Counted from the stretch's first letter, positions 20,057 to 30,086 are shown. The stretch: 64,000 nt of DNA from an uncultured delta proteobacterium (GCA_963823335.1 CAWGLD010000001.1:672001-736000), one strand, 5' to 3'. The notes: a model not told the origin generated them from the letters alone. Numbers and translations are program-made.

Positions 20057-21103
20057 TTAATGCGATTTTGCCCGTGTCCAGGCTTCATCCATGTAACGGT
20101 TCTTATTCCCAAGGTCCTTGGTAAAATGAAGTGTCTTCATGATGTCATCCGTGGGATAAATTCCAGGATTTGTCACGTCTTCCGGTGTAATATAAGGCAT
20201 GGACGCCGCATTGGGCGTGGCATACTGATTATAGTTGGAAAGTTCGGCACCCACCTGCGGCTCGAGAATCCAGTTAATCCACTTGTGGGCTGCATCGGAA
20301 TTAGGCGCCTTGGCAGGGATGCACATGGAGTCAAACCAGATCTCGCTTCCTTCCTTGGGGATGATAAACGCCAGGGTATCCGGCTCCTCGGTAACCGACT
20401 GGATGGCATCTCCATTATAGACGATGGCGGCCGCAGCGGTTCCTGCAACCACATCGTTTTTCCCGCCGACGCCGGGCTTAAACCCCATACAGTCCTTTAA
20501 CTTTTTCGTCGCCACCAGCAGATCGGCAGCTGCCTTGAGCTCTTTGGGTTCGGTGCTGTTGAAATCGTATCCCAGATAAAGGAGTGAGATACCCATCATT
20601 TCGCGGACCGAATCAATCAGCCAGAAAGCGCCGGGGTTCTTTTTTTGATCAAACAGAATCGACCAGGACTGGGCGTCTTCGGGCTTGATCTGGTCTTTTC
20701 GATACATGAGACCCACCGTGCCCCACTGCCATGCCACGGACCATTTGTTCCCTGGATCATAAGAGGTTTCCCGGAAAATAGGCTTCAGGTTCTTCATGTT
20801 CGGAATCTTGGCATGATCGAGCGGTTGAATCAGCTTCTGGTTGATCAACACAGGCATGATATAGTCCGACGGTACGATGATATCGTACTGACTGACACCG
20901 CCGGCCTGGAGCTTGGCCACCATCTCTTCATTGTTTTCGTAAATGTCGAGCCTGACTTTGATCCCTGTCGCTTCTTCGAAAGCGGCCGGCATCGCCTCCT
21001 CATCCATATACTCGGACCAGATGAAAATCTTCAGTTCTTCAGCCACTACCACGGCTGGAACCAGCAACGACAACACGATAAAAACCATAAATAATTTACG
21101 CAT
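20057..21103 (-). CDS. potD: Polyamine ABC transporter substrate-binding protein
   Basis: Signal peptide; WSEYM, YDIIVPSDY, WGTVG, PKEGSEIWFD. Confidence 0.9.
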   Translation of the reverse strand: MRKLFMVFIVLSLLVPAVVVAEELKIFIWSEYMDEEAMPAAFEEATGIKVRLDIYENNEEMVAKLQAGGVSQYDIIVPSDYIMPVLINQKLIQPLDHAKIPNMKNLKPIFRETSYDPGNKWSVAWQWGTVGLMYRKDQIKPEDAQSWSILFDQKKNPGAFWLIDSVREMMGISLLYLGYDFNSTEPKELKAAADLLVATKKLKDCMGFKPGVGGKNDVVAGTAAAAIVYNGDAIQSVTEEPDTLAFIIPKEGSEIWFDSMCIPAKAPNSDAAHKWINWILEPQVGAELSNYNQYATPNAASMPYITPEDVTNPGIYPTDDIMKTLHFTKDLGNKNRYMDEAWTRAKSH

Positions 21104-21205
21104 CTCTCTCTCCTTTCTCTTGGTTAGTGCCTGTTAACACCTTAACAACTTGTTACCTTTACACAACTCACTCGACCCCTGGAATCCTCGAACCCTTCAG
21201 TTACA

Positions 21206-21997
21206 TCATCCTTTACGTGAAATACGCTCGGTGCCGATAACAAGAACCACCGTAATGATCATGATAAGGGTCGACAAAGCATGAATCTGGGGAGTCACAC
21301 CCCGGCGAACGGCTGCAAAAATGTAAAGAGGCAGCGTCTGGGATTCAGGCCCGGCGGTAAAGAAGCTGATTACAAAATCATCCAGAGAAAGCGTGAAGGC
21401 CAGCATACCCCCGGCCACAATACCGGGCATCAGTAATGGCAGCATGATGCGTCTTAGCAGATACCAGTTGCTGGCAAACAGATCACGTGCCGCTTCTTCA
21501 ATTTCATGGCCGATGGCGATAAGTCGGCTGCGTACCACAAGCGCGACAAATGCAACTTGAAAGGTGATGTGCCCGATGATCATGTTCAGAAGCCCGGGTT
21601 CAAACATGGTTGAGAGTACCCGCAAAAGCCCGAAGGCGACCACGAGTGCTGCCGCCAAAATAATATCCGGAATAACCACCGGGATGTGCAAGACAATATC
21701 GAGGGCGTTGCTGGTTCTGCGGGTCCAGGGAAAGCGGTCCATACCGATGGCCAATACGGTTCCCAAAACCGTGGCCACAAGGGTCGACACCACTGCCAGT
21801 ACCAGCGTGTTCCAGGCTGCTTCCAGAATCCATTCATTGCTGAAAAGTTTGACATACCAGTCGAGAGTAAACCCTTTCCAGACCAGACCACGCCGGGCCG
21901 AATTCACCGAGAAAACGGCAACGCCCAACAAAGGGATGTAGAGAAAACCCATGGTGAACAAGGCCAGAGAGGTAATGATGGGATGAGTTCGTTTCAT
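21206..21997 (-). CDS. potC: Polyamine ABC transporter permease
   Basis: GFTLDWY, EEAARDL EAA loop, FTLSLDDF, TLPL. Confidence 0.92.
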   Translation of the reverse strand: MKRTHPIITSLALFTMGFLYIPLLGVAVFSVNSARRGLVWKGFTLDWYVKLFSNEWILEAAWNTLVLAVVSTLVATVLGTVLAIGMDRFPWTRRTSNALDIVLHIPVVIPDIILAAALVVAFGLLRVLSTMFEPGLLNMIIGHITFQVAFVALVVRSRLIAIGHEIEEAARDLFASNWYLLRRIMLPLLMPGIVAGGMLAFTLSLDDFVISFFTAGPESQTLPLYIFAAVRRGVTPQIHALSTLIMIITVVLVIGTERISRKG

Positions 21998-22903
21998 ACG
22001 TGCTCGATCTCCTTGCTCCTGCGCCGATAGATCTGGAGGCTGATCATGGTCAGCACCATGAGCCCCATGCTGATGGCTGCACCAAAAGGCCAGTCCCTGC
22101 TGGATCCGAACTGTTGCTGGATCAGATTTCCAACCAGCATGTACTTGGCGCCTCCCAAAAGATCGGGAACGATAAACATACCCATGGCCGGAACAAAGGT
22201 CAGAATGACCCCCACGGACAATCCGGGCATCGTCTGGGGCAGAATGGCCTGGGTAAATACACGTATCCGTGATGCATACAGATCCTGGGCAGCTTCCACC
22301 AGGGACCAGTCGAGTTTTTCCACACTAGCGTACAGCGGCAAGGTGACAAAAGGTAAAAACATGGAAACCATACCGATATAGACCGCGAAGGCATTCGGAT
22401 AGAGAGGTGCCCCCTCGCTGATAAATCCCAGCGCGGCGGCCAGCTTGGCAAATGGAAGTTCCGGTGCCAAAATCAAAAACCAGGCATAGGTTCTGAATGA
22501 CCATGTTGGTCCAGAAGGGGATGATCACCAGTGTCAGCCACATGTAACGGCTTCTTTCTTCCCGTGCGGCAATAAAAAAGCACAGAGGATATGAAAGCAG
22601 GATGGATACCAGGGTCGTTACCAGAGCCACCACCACCGATCGCCACAGGATGAGCAGGTAATCGGACGTCCATCCAAACAGGCTGAAGCCCATGAGCCGT
22701 TTGTAGTTTTCAATGGTGAATTCCCATACCAGCTGGCCGTAGGCCCCACGCGTGGCAAAACTGACCACCACCAGAACCAGTCCGGGCAGTACCAGAAAAA
22801 CCAAGAGCCAGAGCATTCCGCTTGAAAGGAAAAAAAACCCGCGTTTCAGGAGTTGCGCCTGGGTGGTCAGTTCTCCGTACCATATGAGGAGCCTATGTTT
22901 CAT
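21994..22903 (-). pseudogene. potB: Polyamine ABC transporter permease with a +1 frameshift at ~22496 (real or sequencing error)
   Basis: PFWTNMVI is followed in another frame by RTYAWFLILAP; removing one base gives a 302-aa PotB with EAAQDL and DWPFGAA. Confidence 0.85.
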
Positions 22904-23958
22904 CGGTATTATCCAGTATTACCAGTTCGTTGGGCGAAAGTTCAAGCCAAACTTGATCACCGGGCTTAAAATTTTTATAAGAACTGGTACGGACACGAAG
23001 AGGGCCGGGATTGAGCCAGAGATCAAAATTGGTGCCCCGGTAAATGACTTCACTGACCGTCGCCCTTACACCGTTTGTTTCAGGCTGGGAATCCCGAATC
23101 CAGACCCACTCGGGCCGGATCGCCAATAGACCGCTTTCCCATGGAGGCTCTTTTTCTACTTTCAATACACCGAAGGGGGTCTGGATACCACCGGTGACTT
23201 TCTCTGCCTTTGATGAGGTTTGCAGCACCCAGAAACTCCGCCACAAATCTGTTTTTGGGAAAGTCGTACACTTCCTGCGGCGTTCCGTATTGAACCACCC
23301 GTCCTTCATGCATCACCGCCAGACGATCGCTGCAGACCAGTGCTTCGGACTGGTCATGGGTAACCAGAAGAAAGGTTTTCCCGAGACGGCGCTGGATGCG
23401 CCGAAGATCCTCTTGAACCTGTGCCCGCAATTTGGCATCGAGGGCGGACATGGGCTCGTCCAGCAACAGAATCTCCGGTTCGTTCACCAGCGCCCGTGCA
23501 AGTGCCACGCGCTGTTTTTGACCACCTGACAACTGATCAGGTCGACGGTTTTTCATCTCCTGAAGCCCCAGCATCTCCATCCGTTTGTCCACCCGCTTTT
23601 CTACCTCGCTGTTGGGGAATTTTCGCGAGCGCAGTCCGAAGGCAATATTTTCATAGACACTCAGATGGGGAAAAAGCGCATAACTCTGAAAGACCGTATT
23701 CACCTGTCTTTTGGTGGCGGGCAGGGAAGTAACATCCTGCCCCCCCAGATAGACGTGACCTGTATCTGGTAATTCCAGACCGGCAATAATGCGAAGCAAC
23801 GTGGTTTTACCACAACCGGAAGGTCCCAGCAGGGTCAGAAATTCACCACTGTATACCTCCAGATCCACGTCCTTGAGGGCTTCCACATTTCCGAAGCGCT
23901 TGTTGATACCCTTGACAATCAATCCGTCTTTGTTTGCAGAAATCATCTTTCCTGGCAT
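22893..23958 (-). pseudogene. potA: Polyamine ABC transporter ATPase with a +1 frameshift at ~23210 (real or sequencing error)
   Basis: GPSGCGKT, VFQSYALFPH, LSGGQKQR; after GAANLI the C-terminal domain (AIRPE, IYRG) is in another frame; removing one base gives 354 aa. Confidence 0.85.
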
Positions 23959-24003
23959 TTCTCTATTAAGGTTAAGATACCTCTTTTACCTGCCTGGGGT
24001 GTA

Positions 24004-24549
24004 TCAGCCCATATAACCGGGTGTGCGTGGAACACGAACAGCTGCATTCAGAACATTTTGAGCGAGTCGGTGTCGTTTCTCGCCGGCCGTACCGGCTGAA
24101 ATGCGCTGTTTCATCTGGCTATTCCGAAGTTTGCGGGAATTTTTATCCGGTTCTTTGAACAGCAAAGCCCCGTAATTGCATTCATCCACACAGACCGGCG
24201 TGCCGCCACAAAGATCACACTTGAATGCCTTGCCGGACCCGTATTGCTCGATCATACCATAAGGGCAGGCATCGACACAATCACCGCACCCGTCACATTT
24301 GCTCACATCCACCACAACGACGCCCCTGTCGTTTTTGAAGATGGCCTCCACCGGACAGGCCTCCATACAGTCTGGTTTCGGACACTGAAAACAGATGTTC
24401 TGTACCGAATACCCCTGGAGCGGAAAATTGTTTATTTTCATTCGTGCCTTCGAGGGCATGAACAAACCTTCTTTTGCAGCAGCACAGGCATATGTGCAAC
24501 GATTGCACCCTGTGCAGCGATTGGGTATGGCCAACAGATGCTTTTCCAT
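24004..24549 (-). CDS. Multi-[4Fe-4S] ferredoxin-like electron-transfer subunit (DmsB/AOR partner type)
   Basis: CTGCNRCTYAC, CFQC..PDCMEACP, CDGCGDCVDACP, KCDLC...CVDEC. Confidence 0.92.
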   Translation of the reverse strand: MEKHLLAIPNRCTGCNRCTYACAAAKEGLFMPSKARMKINNFPLQGYSVQNICFQCPKPDCMEACPVEAIFKNDRGVVVVDVSKCDGCGDCVDACPYGMIEQYGSGKAFKCDLCGGTPVCVDECNYGALLFKEPDKNSRKLRNSQMKQRISAGTAGEKRHRLAQNVLNAAVRVPRTPGYMG

Positions 24550-24608
24550 CGTACTCCTCCATCGTTATATATCAAACCTGCGGTTAGCGATGCTAACACG
24601 TTTATTTT

Positions 24609-27600
24609 TTAAAGACCTTCAAGACCAAGTTTTTCCAACTTGTCTTCACCGGGCCTGCCGTCAGCATCCCATCCGCGAAGATGATAATAGAGTAGTTTCA
24701 TCTCCTCCAGGTCTTCGAAACGTAAAACACGCCCTTCATGGGGACCATTTTCGAGGGTCTTTTTGATCAATTTATCCGACAGCACATCATCCTTTGCCGT
24801 AAAGCCTGCCCGAAGATTGTAAAGACGCATGAGGTTCCAGATCCGTTCGCCCGCTTTGTCCAAATCTTCGGCAGAAAATTGCCGACCCATACCTGCGGTC
24901 AACAGACCCGCCATGATCTGTGTATCGACAGATCCCCAGAAGTCACAAAAGCACATGCACCATTTGATGGCATTGCCGTTCTGACCCTTGATCACTTCTT
25001 TGACCATTGAATCGAGTTTGAAGGGGTCTTCCGCAAACAAGGTAAACGCTCTTAGATGGCAGGCACCACGCTCACTGGTGGCATACGCCAAGCCCATCCC
25101 ATAACTTCCCCTGGGGTCGTAAGCGGGCATTTCCAGTCCTTTGGCATGGGCCGCTTTTCCGGACTCCCCATATAACGCATCCAGTTTTGCGGCACCCTGG
25201 GCCAGTGTACGGCCTCTCTCCGTGGACAGACGCGCGATTTCCTCCACCACCGCCAGGTACCCCTCTGGCTGACCGAATGCCAGTTCAAAGTCATTCAGCC
25301 CCGCTTCGGTCAGATCCATGGCCAGGGCGATGGTACTGCCTGTAGACATGGTGTCCAGACCAAGATCATCGCAAATGCGGTTAAAACGCATGACCTGCTC
25401 CAGGTCATTGATCTCGCAGTTGGAACCACCCAGGCATAATGTCTCGTATTCAGGTCCTTCCATTTCGACCCCGTTAACGGAGGTAAAATTGCCGCAGCCC
25501 AGCGGACACGATGCACAGGCCCTGTCTCCGATCTGGATGGACTTGATGGCTTCCGAATCGAGTGAATTGCGTCGGGGATTCATACCCTGAGTGTAATTGC
25601 GGGTGGGATGTATACCCATCTCATTGGTAACTTCCACCAGCATAGGCGTGCCTTTATTCTTGGCCCACAGGTTTCCTTCGGTCAACAGGTTGGACTCTGT
25701 GGCATCGGCCACCTTCCCCAGGAAAACACCCATATCAGCAACCTGAACCCCTCCTGTGCCGATACAGGCAAGCGCCTTGAGCTTCTTGGCTCCGAAAAGA
25801 GACCCCGCGCCTCCACGTCCCATCTGCCGATAGGCTTCTGAGCCGATACAGGCAAAGGGGATGATATTTTCGCCAGCCGGGCCGATGGAGAGACTCTTGA
25901 CCTCATGCCCCATGGTCTCCTGCAGCCATTCCTCTGTCTCGAATATTCCTTTACCCCAGACAGCATCCGCTTTTTCCAGGCTTACCCGGTCATCTTCGAT
26001 ACGCAGATAAACCGGGCTATCCGCCTGACCCGTAATGACGATACCGTCATACCCGGCGAATTTGAGTTCGGGACCGAAGGCACCACCTATGTTTGATTCG
26101 AAAATCGTGCCTGTGGCCGGCGACTTGGAAACAAGACAGAGCCGGGATGCCGTGGGTGCCAGGGTGCCGCACAATGGACCGGTCATGATCACGATGGGGG
26201 TGTCCGGTGACAGGGCATCGGCGGTGGGATCCGAAAGATCGTAGAAATACCGTGTCGCAAGACCCCACCCGCCGATGTAGTCATTTAGCCAGTTTTTGTT
26301 AATAGGCTTGGCTGTAACGGTTCGGGATGAAAGATCCACATGCAGCAGTTGGCCGGCGTAGAGATTCATGGTCTGGGGTCTTTTGGGCAGTTCGATGGAT
26401 TTGAAAACATCTTCGAGCCGGTTGAGAATTTCATCTAAAATTTTCTGGGGCACATTCAAGGCCGGTTCAAATCGGATGTTTTTTGCATTGGTCAGGGTTC
26501 CGGCCGTGAGGACGCCTCGCGAAAATAGACCCGAAGCGACTTTGTACCCGATGCCGTCTGTGGAAAATTCCATGCCTATCAAAAGCCCCAGACCCCTGAC
26601 ATTGGCCAGTACCCCGGGATATCGATCCTGAAGTTGTCTCAACTGGCTGCGCACATAGTGGCCTTTGGTTTTAGCCTGCCCGGCCAGATCTTCCTCCAAT
26701 AAAACCGTGATCGCCGCCAGGGCGGATGCACACGCCAGGGGATTTCCGCCGGTGGTGGTAGTGTGCATAAAGGGGTTGGGCTCCATGCATTCCCATATTT
26801 TCGCGGTGGACATAAAGGCGGACATGGGCACCACACCACCTCCCAGGGCTTTGCCCAGGCAGAGGATGTCCGGTGCGACATTCCAGTGATCCACACCGAA
26901 GATCTCTCCGGTACGGCCCATGCCGGTCTGGACCTCATCCGCGATAAGGAGCACGCCGTAATGACTGCAGATTTCACGTAAACGCGGCCAGTAATCATCG
27001 GGTGGCACGATGGCGCCGGCTTCACCCTGTATGGGCTCCGCAACGACAGCGGCAATACCGTCACCCACCGCTTTGGCAGCCGCCAGGGCTTGTTCCACAG
27101 CCTGGGCATCGCCAAAAGGAACATGCCGGACCCCCTCGAGCAGGGGCAGCAGGGGCTCCCGATACGTCTTTTTACCCATCAATGAAAGCGCTCCCAGGGT
27201 CTTGCCGTGAAAGGCCTTGAGCATGGAGATGAATCCGCTTTTTCCGGTGTAGAGCTTGGCCAGCTTCATGGCGCCTTCCACCGCTTCCGTTCCGGAATTG
27301 GCGAAAAAGCCGTATTGAATCTTTCCCGGTGTCAGCAACGCCAGGACCCTGGCCAGTTGGGCGCGCAAGGGATCGAGCATCTCCTGGCTGTACTGGGGCG
27401 AACGGTCCAGCTGGGCTTTGACGGCCTGCACAATCTTCGGGTGACGAATTCCGTAGGAGTATAAACCAAAGCCGCCCAGAAGGTCCAGATACTCGCGGTC
27501 GAGGGCATCCACAAGGACAGAGCCCTGACCCGTCCACTCTGTAATGGCAAAATTCGTCGCCTCGGTGACGGATTTTCTGTAATTGAGAAAGCCTTTGTTG

Positions 27601-27773
27601 ATGTGGTCCCTGAAATTGCGTTCGGTTTTCAGAGCGACTTCCTGGCGTACATCGAGGGCTGTCTGTTCCAGGGGGGTCAATATGATATCAACCATTTGCA
27701 CGGCCTCTTTCAGAGCCGTCTGTATGTCCCTTCCCCGATAATCGCTCTTATAATTTTTTTCAAAATCTCGCAT
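24609..27773 (-). CDS. patA: Fusion of putrescine aminotransferase (aa ~1-460) and W/Mo aldehyde:ferredoxin oxidoreductase (aa ~469-1054)
   Basis: N-half HINKGFLNYRKSVT, LGGFG, DEVQTG, LGKALGGG, HTTTTGGNP (PatA/YgjG-like); C-half GQLLHVDLS, SKSPATG, LKFAGYD, GRGG, CASCPLGC, EYET, DDLGLDT, YDPRG, ERGACH (AOR); AGGAG RBS. Confidence 0.88.
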   Translation of the reverse strand: MRDFEKNYKSDYRGRDIQTALKEAVQMVDIILTPLEQTALDVRQEVALKTERNFRDHINKGFLNYRKSVTEATNFAITEWTGQGSVLVDALDREYLDLLGGFGLYSYGIRHPKIVQAVKAQLDRSPQYSQEMLDPLRAQLARVLALLTPGKIQYGFFANSGTEAVEGAMKLAKLYTGKSGFISMLKAFHGKTLGALSLMGKKTYREPLLPLLEGVRHVPFGDAQAVEQALAAAKAVGDGIAAVVAEPIQGEAGAIVPPDDYWPRLREICSHYGVLLIADEVQTGMGRTGEIFGVDHWNVAPDILCLGKALGGGVVPMSAFMSTAKIWECMEPNPFMHTTTTGGNPLACASALAAITVLLEEDLAGQAKTKGHYVRSQLRQLQDRYPGVLANVRGLGLLIGMEFSTDGIGYKVASGLFSRGVLTAGTLTNAKNIRFEPALNVPQKILDEILNRLEDVFKSIELPKRPQTMNLYAGQLLHVDLSSRTVTAKPINKNWLNDYIGGWGLATRYFYDLSDPTADALSPDTPIVIMTGPLCGTLAPTASRLCLVSKSPATGTIFESNIGGAFGPELKFAGYDGIVITGQADSPVYLRIEDDRVSLEKADAVWGKGIFETEEWLQETMGHEVKSLSIGPAGENIIPFACIGSEAYRQMGRGGAGSLFGAKKLKALACIGTGGVQVADMGVFLGKVADATESNLLTEGNLWAKNKGTPMLVEVTNEMGIHPTRNYTQGMNPRRNSLDSEAIKSIQIGDRACASCPLGCGNFTSVNGVEMEGPEYETLCLGGSNCEINDLEQVMRFNRICDDLGLDTMSTGSTIALAMDLTEAGLNDFELAFGQPEGYLAVVEEIARLSTERGRTLAQGAAKLDALYGESGKAAHAKGLEMPAYDPRGSYGMGLAYATSERGACHLRAFTLFAEDPFKLDSMVKEVIKGQNGNAIKWCMCFCDFWGSVDTQIMAGLLTAGMGRQFSAEDLDKAGERIWNLMRLYNLRAGFTAKDDVLSDKLIKKTLENGPHEGRVLRFEDLEEMKLLYYHLRGWDADGRPGEDKLEKLGLEGL

Positions 27774-27855
27774 TTTATACTCCTATCTTTCTTTTTGCTG
27801 CCATGCCGCAATTGACCTTGATGGCATGTGCGCACAAAAGCGGTCTGACCCAAAC

Positions 27856-28001
27856 TAGAAGCTATCTCAAAAAAGTTTTTTGACCCAATTTCTGTGTTGG
27901 TTTCTTGCTTCAACTCCTCGGAATACTGCAGTATGCCTGCGGGTTGACGTTCGGGCCCGCCTTGAACTTGAGCCAAAACTCTTTTTTTGAGATGGCTTCT
28001 A
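27856..28001. mobile_element. MITE (~146 bp) whose terminus supplies the TetR stop codon
   Basis: TIR TAGAAGCYATCTCAAAAAA with one mismatch; internal motifs shared with the element at 58087. Confidence 0.75.
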
Positions 28002-28601
28002 AACTGTCGGCTGCTTTAACAATTTGACGGCGATCTCCTTTGAAGCTTTGGCAAAGGTCTCAAATGGCTGACCATCGGAAAGAAACTGTGTGTGGAATTC
28101 CAACCCTTCCATAAGGGTTACAATAAAATCCGCCGCCATTTTTACATCTTTTGCCTTTGTGATACCCGCTTCCTGGTATATTTCCAGCTCATGCACCAGA
28201 TAATCTCGAAACCGTTTGAACATTTCCCTGAAGCGTTTCCGAATCACCGGTTTCCTGAAGCTGAGATAGTAAAACCCGAAGTGAACACCCGTATCCACAG
28301 TCCTTGACCACTCAAGGGAAAAAATAGTATCCATCAGCGCTTGAAACCGCTCATTTAAATCCGGGATGTGACTGAAATCAAGAAATTCCGGTGCCTCGTA
28401 TTTCTCGATGATGAGGTCTACGAGCTCGATGGTCATATTTTCTTTGGTTTTAAAGTAGTGAATGATCAGACTGGGATGGATTTTCGCGCGCTTTGCGATC
28501 TTGCCGATGGATGCGCCCTCCAGTCCTTCCTTCATGATTACCTGGTAGTAATTTTCTAGAATTTCTGATTTGCGTATTTCAGCTTTTTGATTTTTCCGCA
28601 T
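27999..28601 (-). CDS. TetR-family (BetI-like) transcriptional regulator
   Basis: EGLEGASIGKIAKRAKIHPSLIIHYFKTKE HTH; C-terminal LMEGL. Confidence 0.92.
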   Translation of the reverse strand: MRKNQKAEIRKSEILENYYQVIMKEGLEGASIGKIAKRAKIHPSLIIHYFKTKENMTIELVDLIIEKYEAPEFLDFSHIPDLNERFQALMDTIFSLEWSRTVDTGVHFGFYYLSFRKPVIRKRFREMFKRFRDYLVHELEIYQEAGITKAKDVKMAADFIVTLMEGLEFHTQFLSDGQPFETFAKASKEIAVKLLKQPTV

Positions 28602-28624
28602 GGGTCGCTTGCGCTCCGGAGAAA

Positions 28625-28646
28625 ATTATATGAATATTCATTTAAT
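28625..28646. promoter_or_regulatory. Palindromic operator overlapping the -10/+1 region of the TetR operon promoter
   Basis: ATTATATGAATATTCATTTAAT, 20/22 self-complementary with perfect core ATGAATATTCAT. Confidence 0.7.
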
Positions 28647-28670
28647 AATCTTGGCGAAAAGGGCTGTCAA
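28642..28670 (-). promoter_or_regulatory. Sigma70-type promoter of the tetR-patA/aor operon
   Basis: TTGACA-17 bp-TATTAA. Confidence 0.7.
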
Positions 28671-28713
28671 GAAAAAATTTGAAACAAAAAAAACGATCGC
28701 ACCCCCGCTAGGC

Positions 28714-28763
28714 TCTGCCATATGGCAGAAGATTCCTCGCAGCTTGCTGCGAGGAATCTTCAA
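28714..28763. repeat. REP-like palindromes
   Basis: TCTGCCATATGGCAGA abutting GAAGATTCCTCGCAGC-TT-GCTGCGAGGAATCTTC; related motifs at 47492-47633. Confidence 0.7.
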
Positions 28764-28784
28764 TAGCGATCTTCTACTGACACC

Positions 28785-30080
28785 CTATATTGCTCGGCTC
28801 AGCGGGAAATTTGGTGGCTGAAACAGTCTGTGCGACGGCACGGCCCAGATATCCGGCTCGGCAAGGGGTTTGATGGACTTCCCGGTGTGGATCACCAGGC
28901 CACCCAGCCACTTTTTACCGAGCTGTTGTGCGACTGTGCGCATGGCACGCGTATCTTTGGTGTGTGCGGTGGCGCGGGATTTAATTTCCATTGCGATGAT
29001 GCCGGCCGGTGTTTCAAGCAGCAGGTCCAACTCCATGCCGGATCTTGTGCGGTAAAAATACAGTTCGGCTTCTTTGCCGCGGGTTCGCATCCATTTGATA
29101 ATTTCCGCAACCACCATGGTTTCATAAAGCTGGCCGCTGGTTTCTCCCCTATAACCGGTCAGTTGACGCCAGATCCCGACATCAGTCCAGAAAAGCTTGG
29201 GCGTTTTGATCGTAGAACTTGTGATGTTTTTATAATAGGGCTGCAGCAGAAAGGTCTGATAGGAGAGCCGCAAATATTCCATGTACCTTCTGGCTGAATC
29301 GACGCTGATACCGGTATCTCTTGCCAGTTCTGAATAGTTGAGCAGCATGCCGGAGCGCAGAGCAGAGAGCTTTTGGTATTTTCGAAACGGCATCAAATCA
29401 TCCAGACGGGCCAAATCAGCGAGGTCGCGTTCCAAATAGGTATATCCATAGTTTTTTAGCCATTCCCATCGTTCTGCGTCCGACAATGGGAGCAAGGCAG
29501 GCATACCGCCCCAGGCAAGTATATGTTGTTCCGCCTGACGACAGGCCAAATCGTCGGCTTCAAGCAAAACCGACTGAATGCCAGTAAGTATCCGGGCTAC
29601 TGGATGCCCTGAAAAAAACGCATCGATCAGCGGCACGGGGCGTTCTGCATTGCCGTCCTTTGCCTTCTGGAGCAGTTCACACGGCATTAGTGGCCAAAGT
29701 TCGTAAAAGAAAGCCCTGCCTGCCAATGATTCGCGAATCTTTTTGAGCAATAGAATCTGACTCGATCCGGTAAGCACCGTAAAGGAGATCGCCCCTTCAT
29801 CAAAAGCGTATTTCACTTTTTCAAAAATGGAAGGCTCTTTTTGAGCTTCGTCAATAACTGCATTGCCCACGGTTTGCGCCCAGGCCAGGGTTGAAAGCTG
29901 GCGAAGTGTGTCACGGTTTTCCGGGGCATCCAAGTTGATATATCGCAAGGCCGAATAAGCGGTCCTGCAAAGGGTGGTTTTCCCGGTTTGGCGCGCGCCG
30001 GTGAGAACCACGATTCGATGGGTTGCAGCGTTGGGTAAGCGTTGGTTGACTTGGCGGTATTTGTGTGAATCAAACGACAT
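28785..30080 (-). CDS. AAA+ ATPase with C-terminal DUF4143 / PD-(D/E)xK-like domain
   Basis: GARQTGKT, IDEAQK, LTGSS, ESLAGR, WGGMP, YLERDL, PKLFWTD, YRTRSGMELDL...EIK. Confidence 0.88.
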   Translation of the reverse strand: MSFDSHKYRQVNQRLPNAATHRIVVLTGARQTGKTTLCRTAYSALRYINLDAPENRDTLRQLSTLAWAQTVGNAVIDEAQKEPSIFEKVKYAFDEGAISFTVLTGSSQILLLKKIRESLAGRAFFYELWPLMPCELLQKAKDGNAERPVPLIDAFFSGHPVARILTGIQSVLLEADDLACRQAEQHILAWGGMPALLPLSDAERWEWLKNYGYTYLERDLADLARLDDLMPFRKYQKLSALRSGMLLNYSELARDTGISVDSARRYMEYLRLSYQTFLLQPYYKNITSSTIKTPKLFWTDVGIWRQLTGYRGETSGQLYETMVVAEIIKWMRTRGKEAELYFYRTRSGMELDLLLETPAGIIAMEIKSRATAHTKDTRAMRTVAQQLGKKWLGGLVIHTGKSIKPLAEPDIWAVPSHRLFQPPNFPLSRAI

Positions 30081-30086
30081 GAACGT

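Noticed and set aside
22470-23230. Programmed ribosomal frameshifting in potA and potB
   Set aside because: No canonical slippery heptamer or stimulatory structure; single-base insertions explain both
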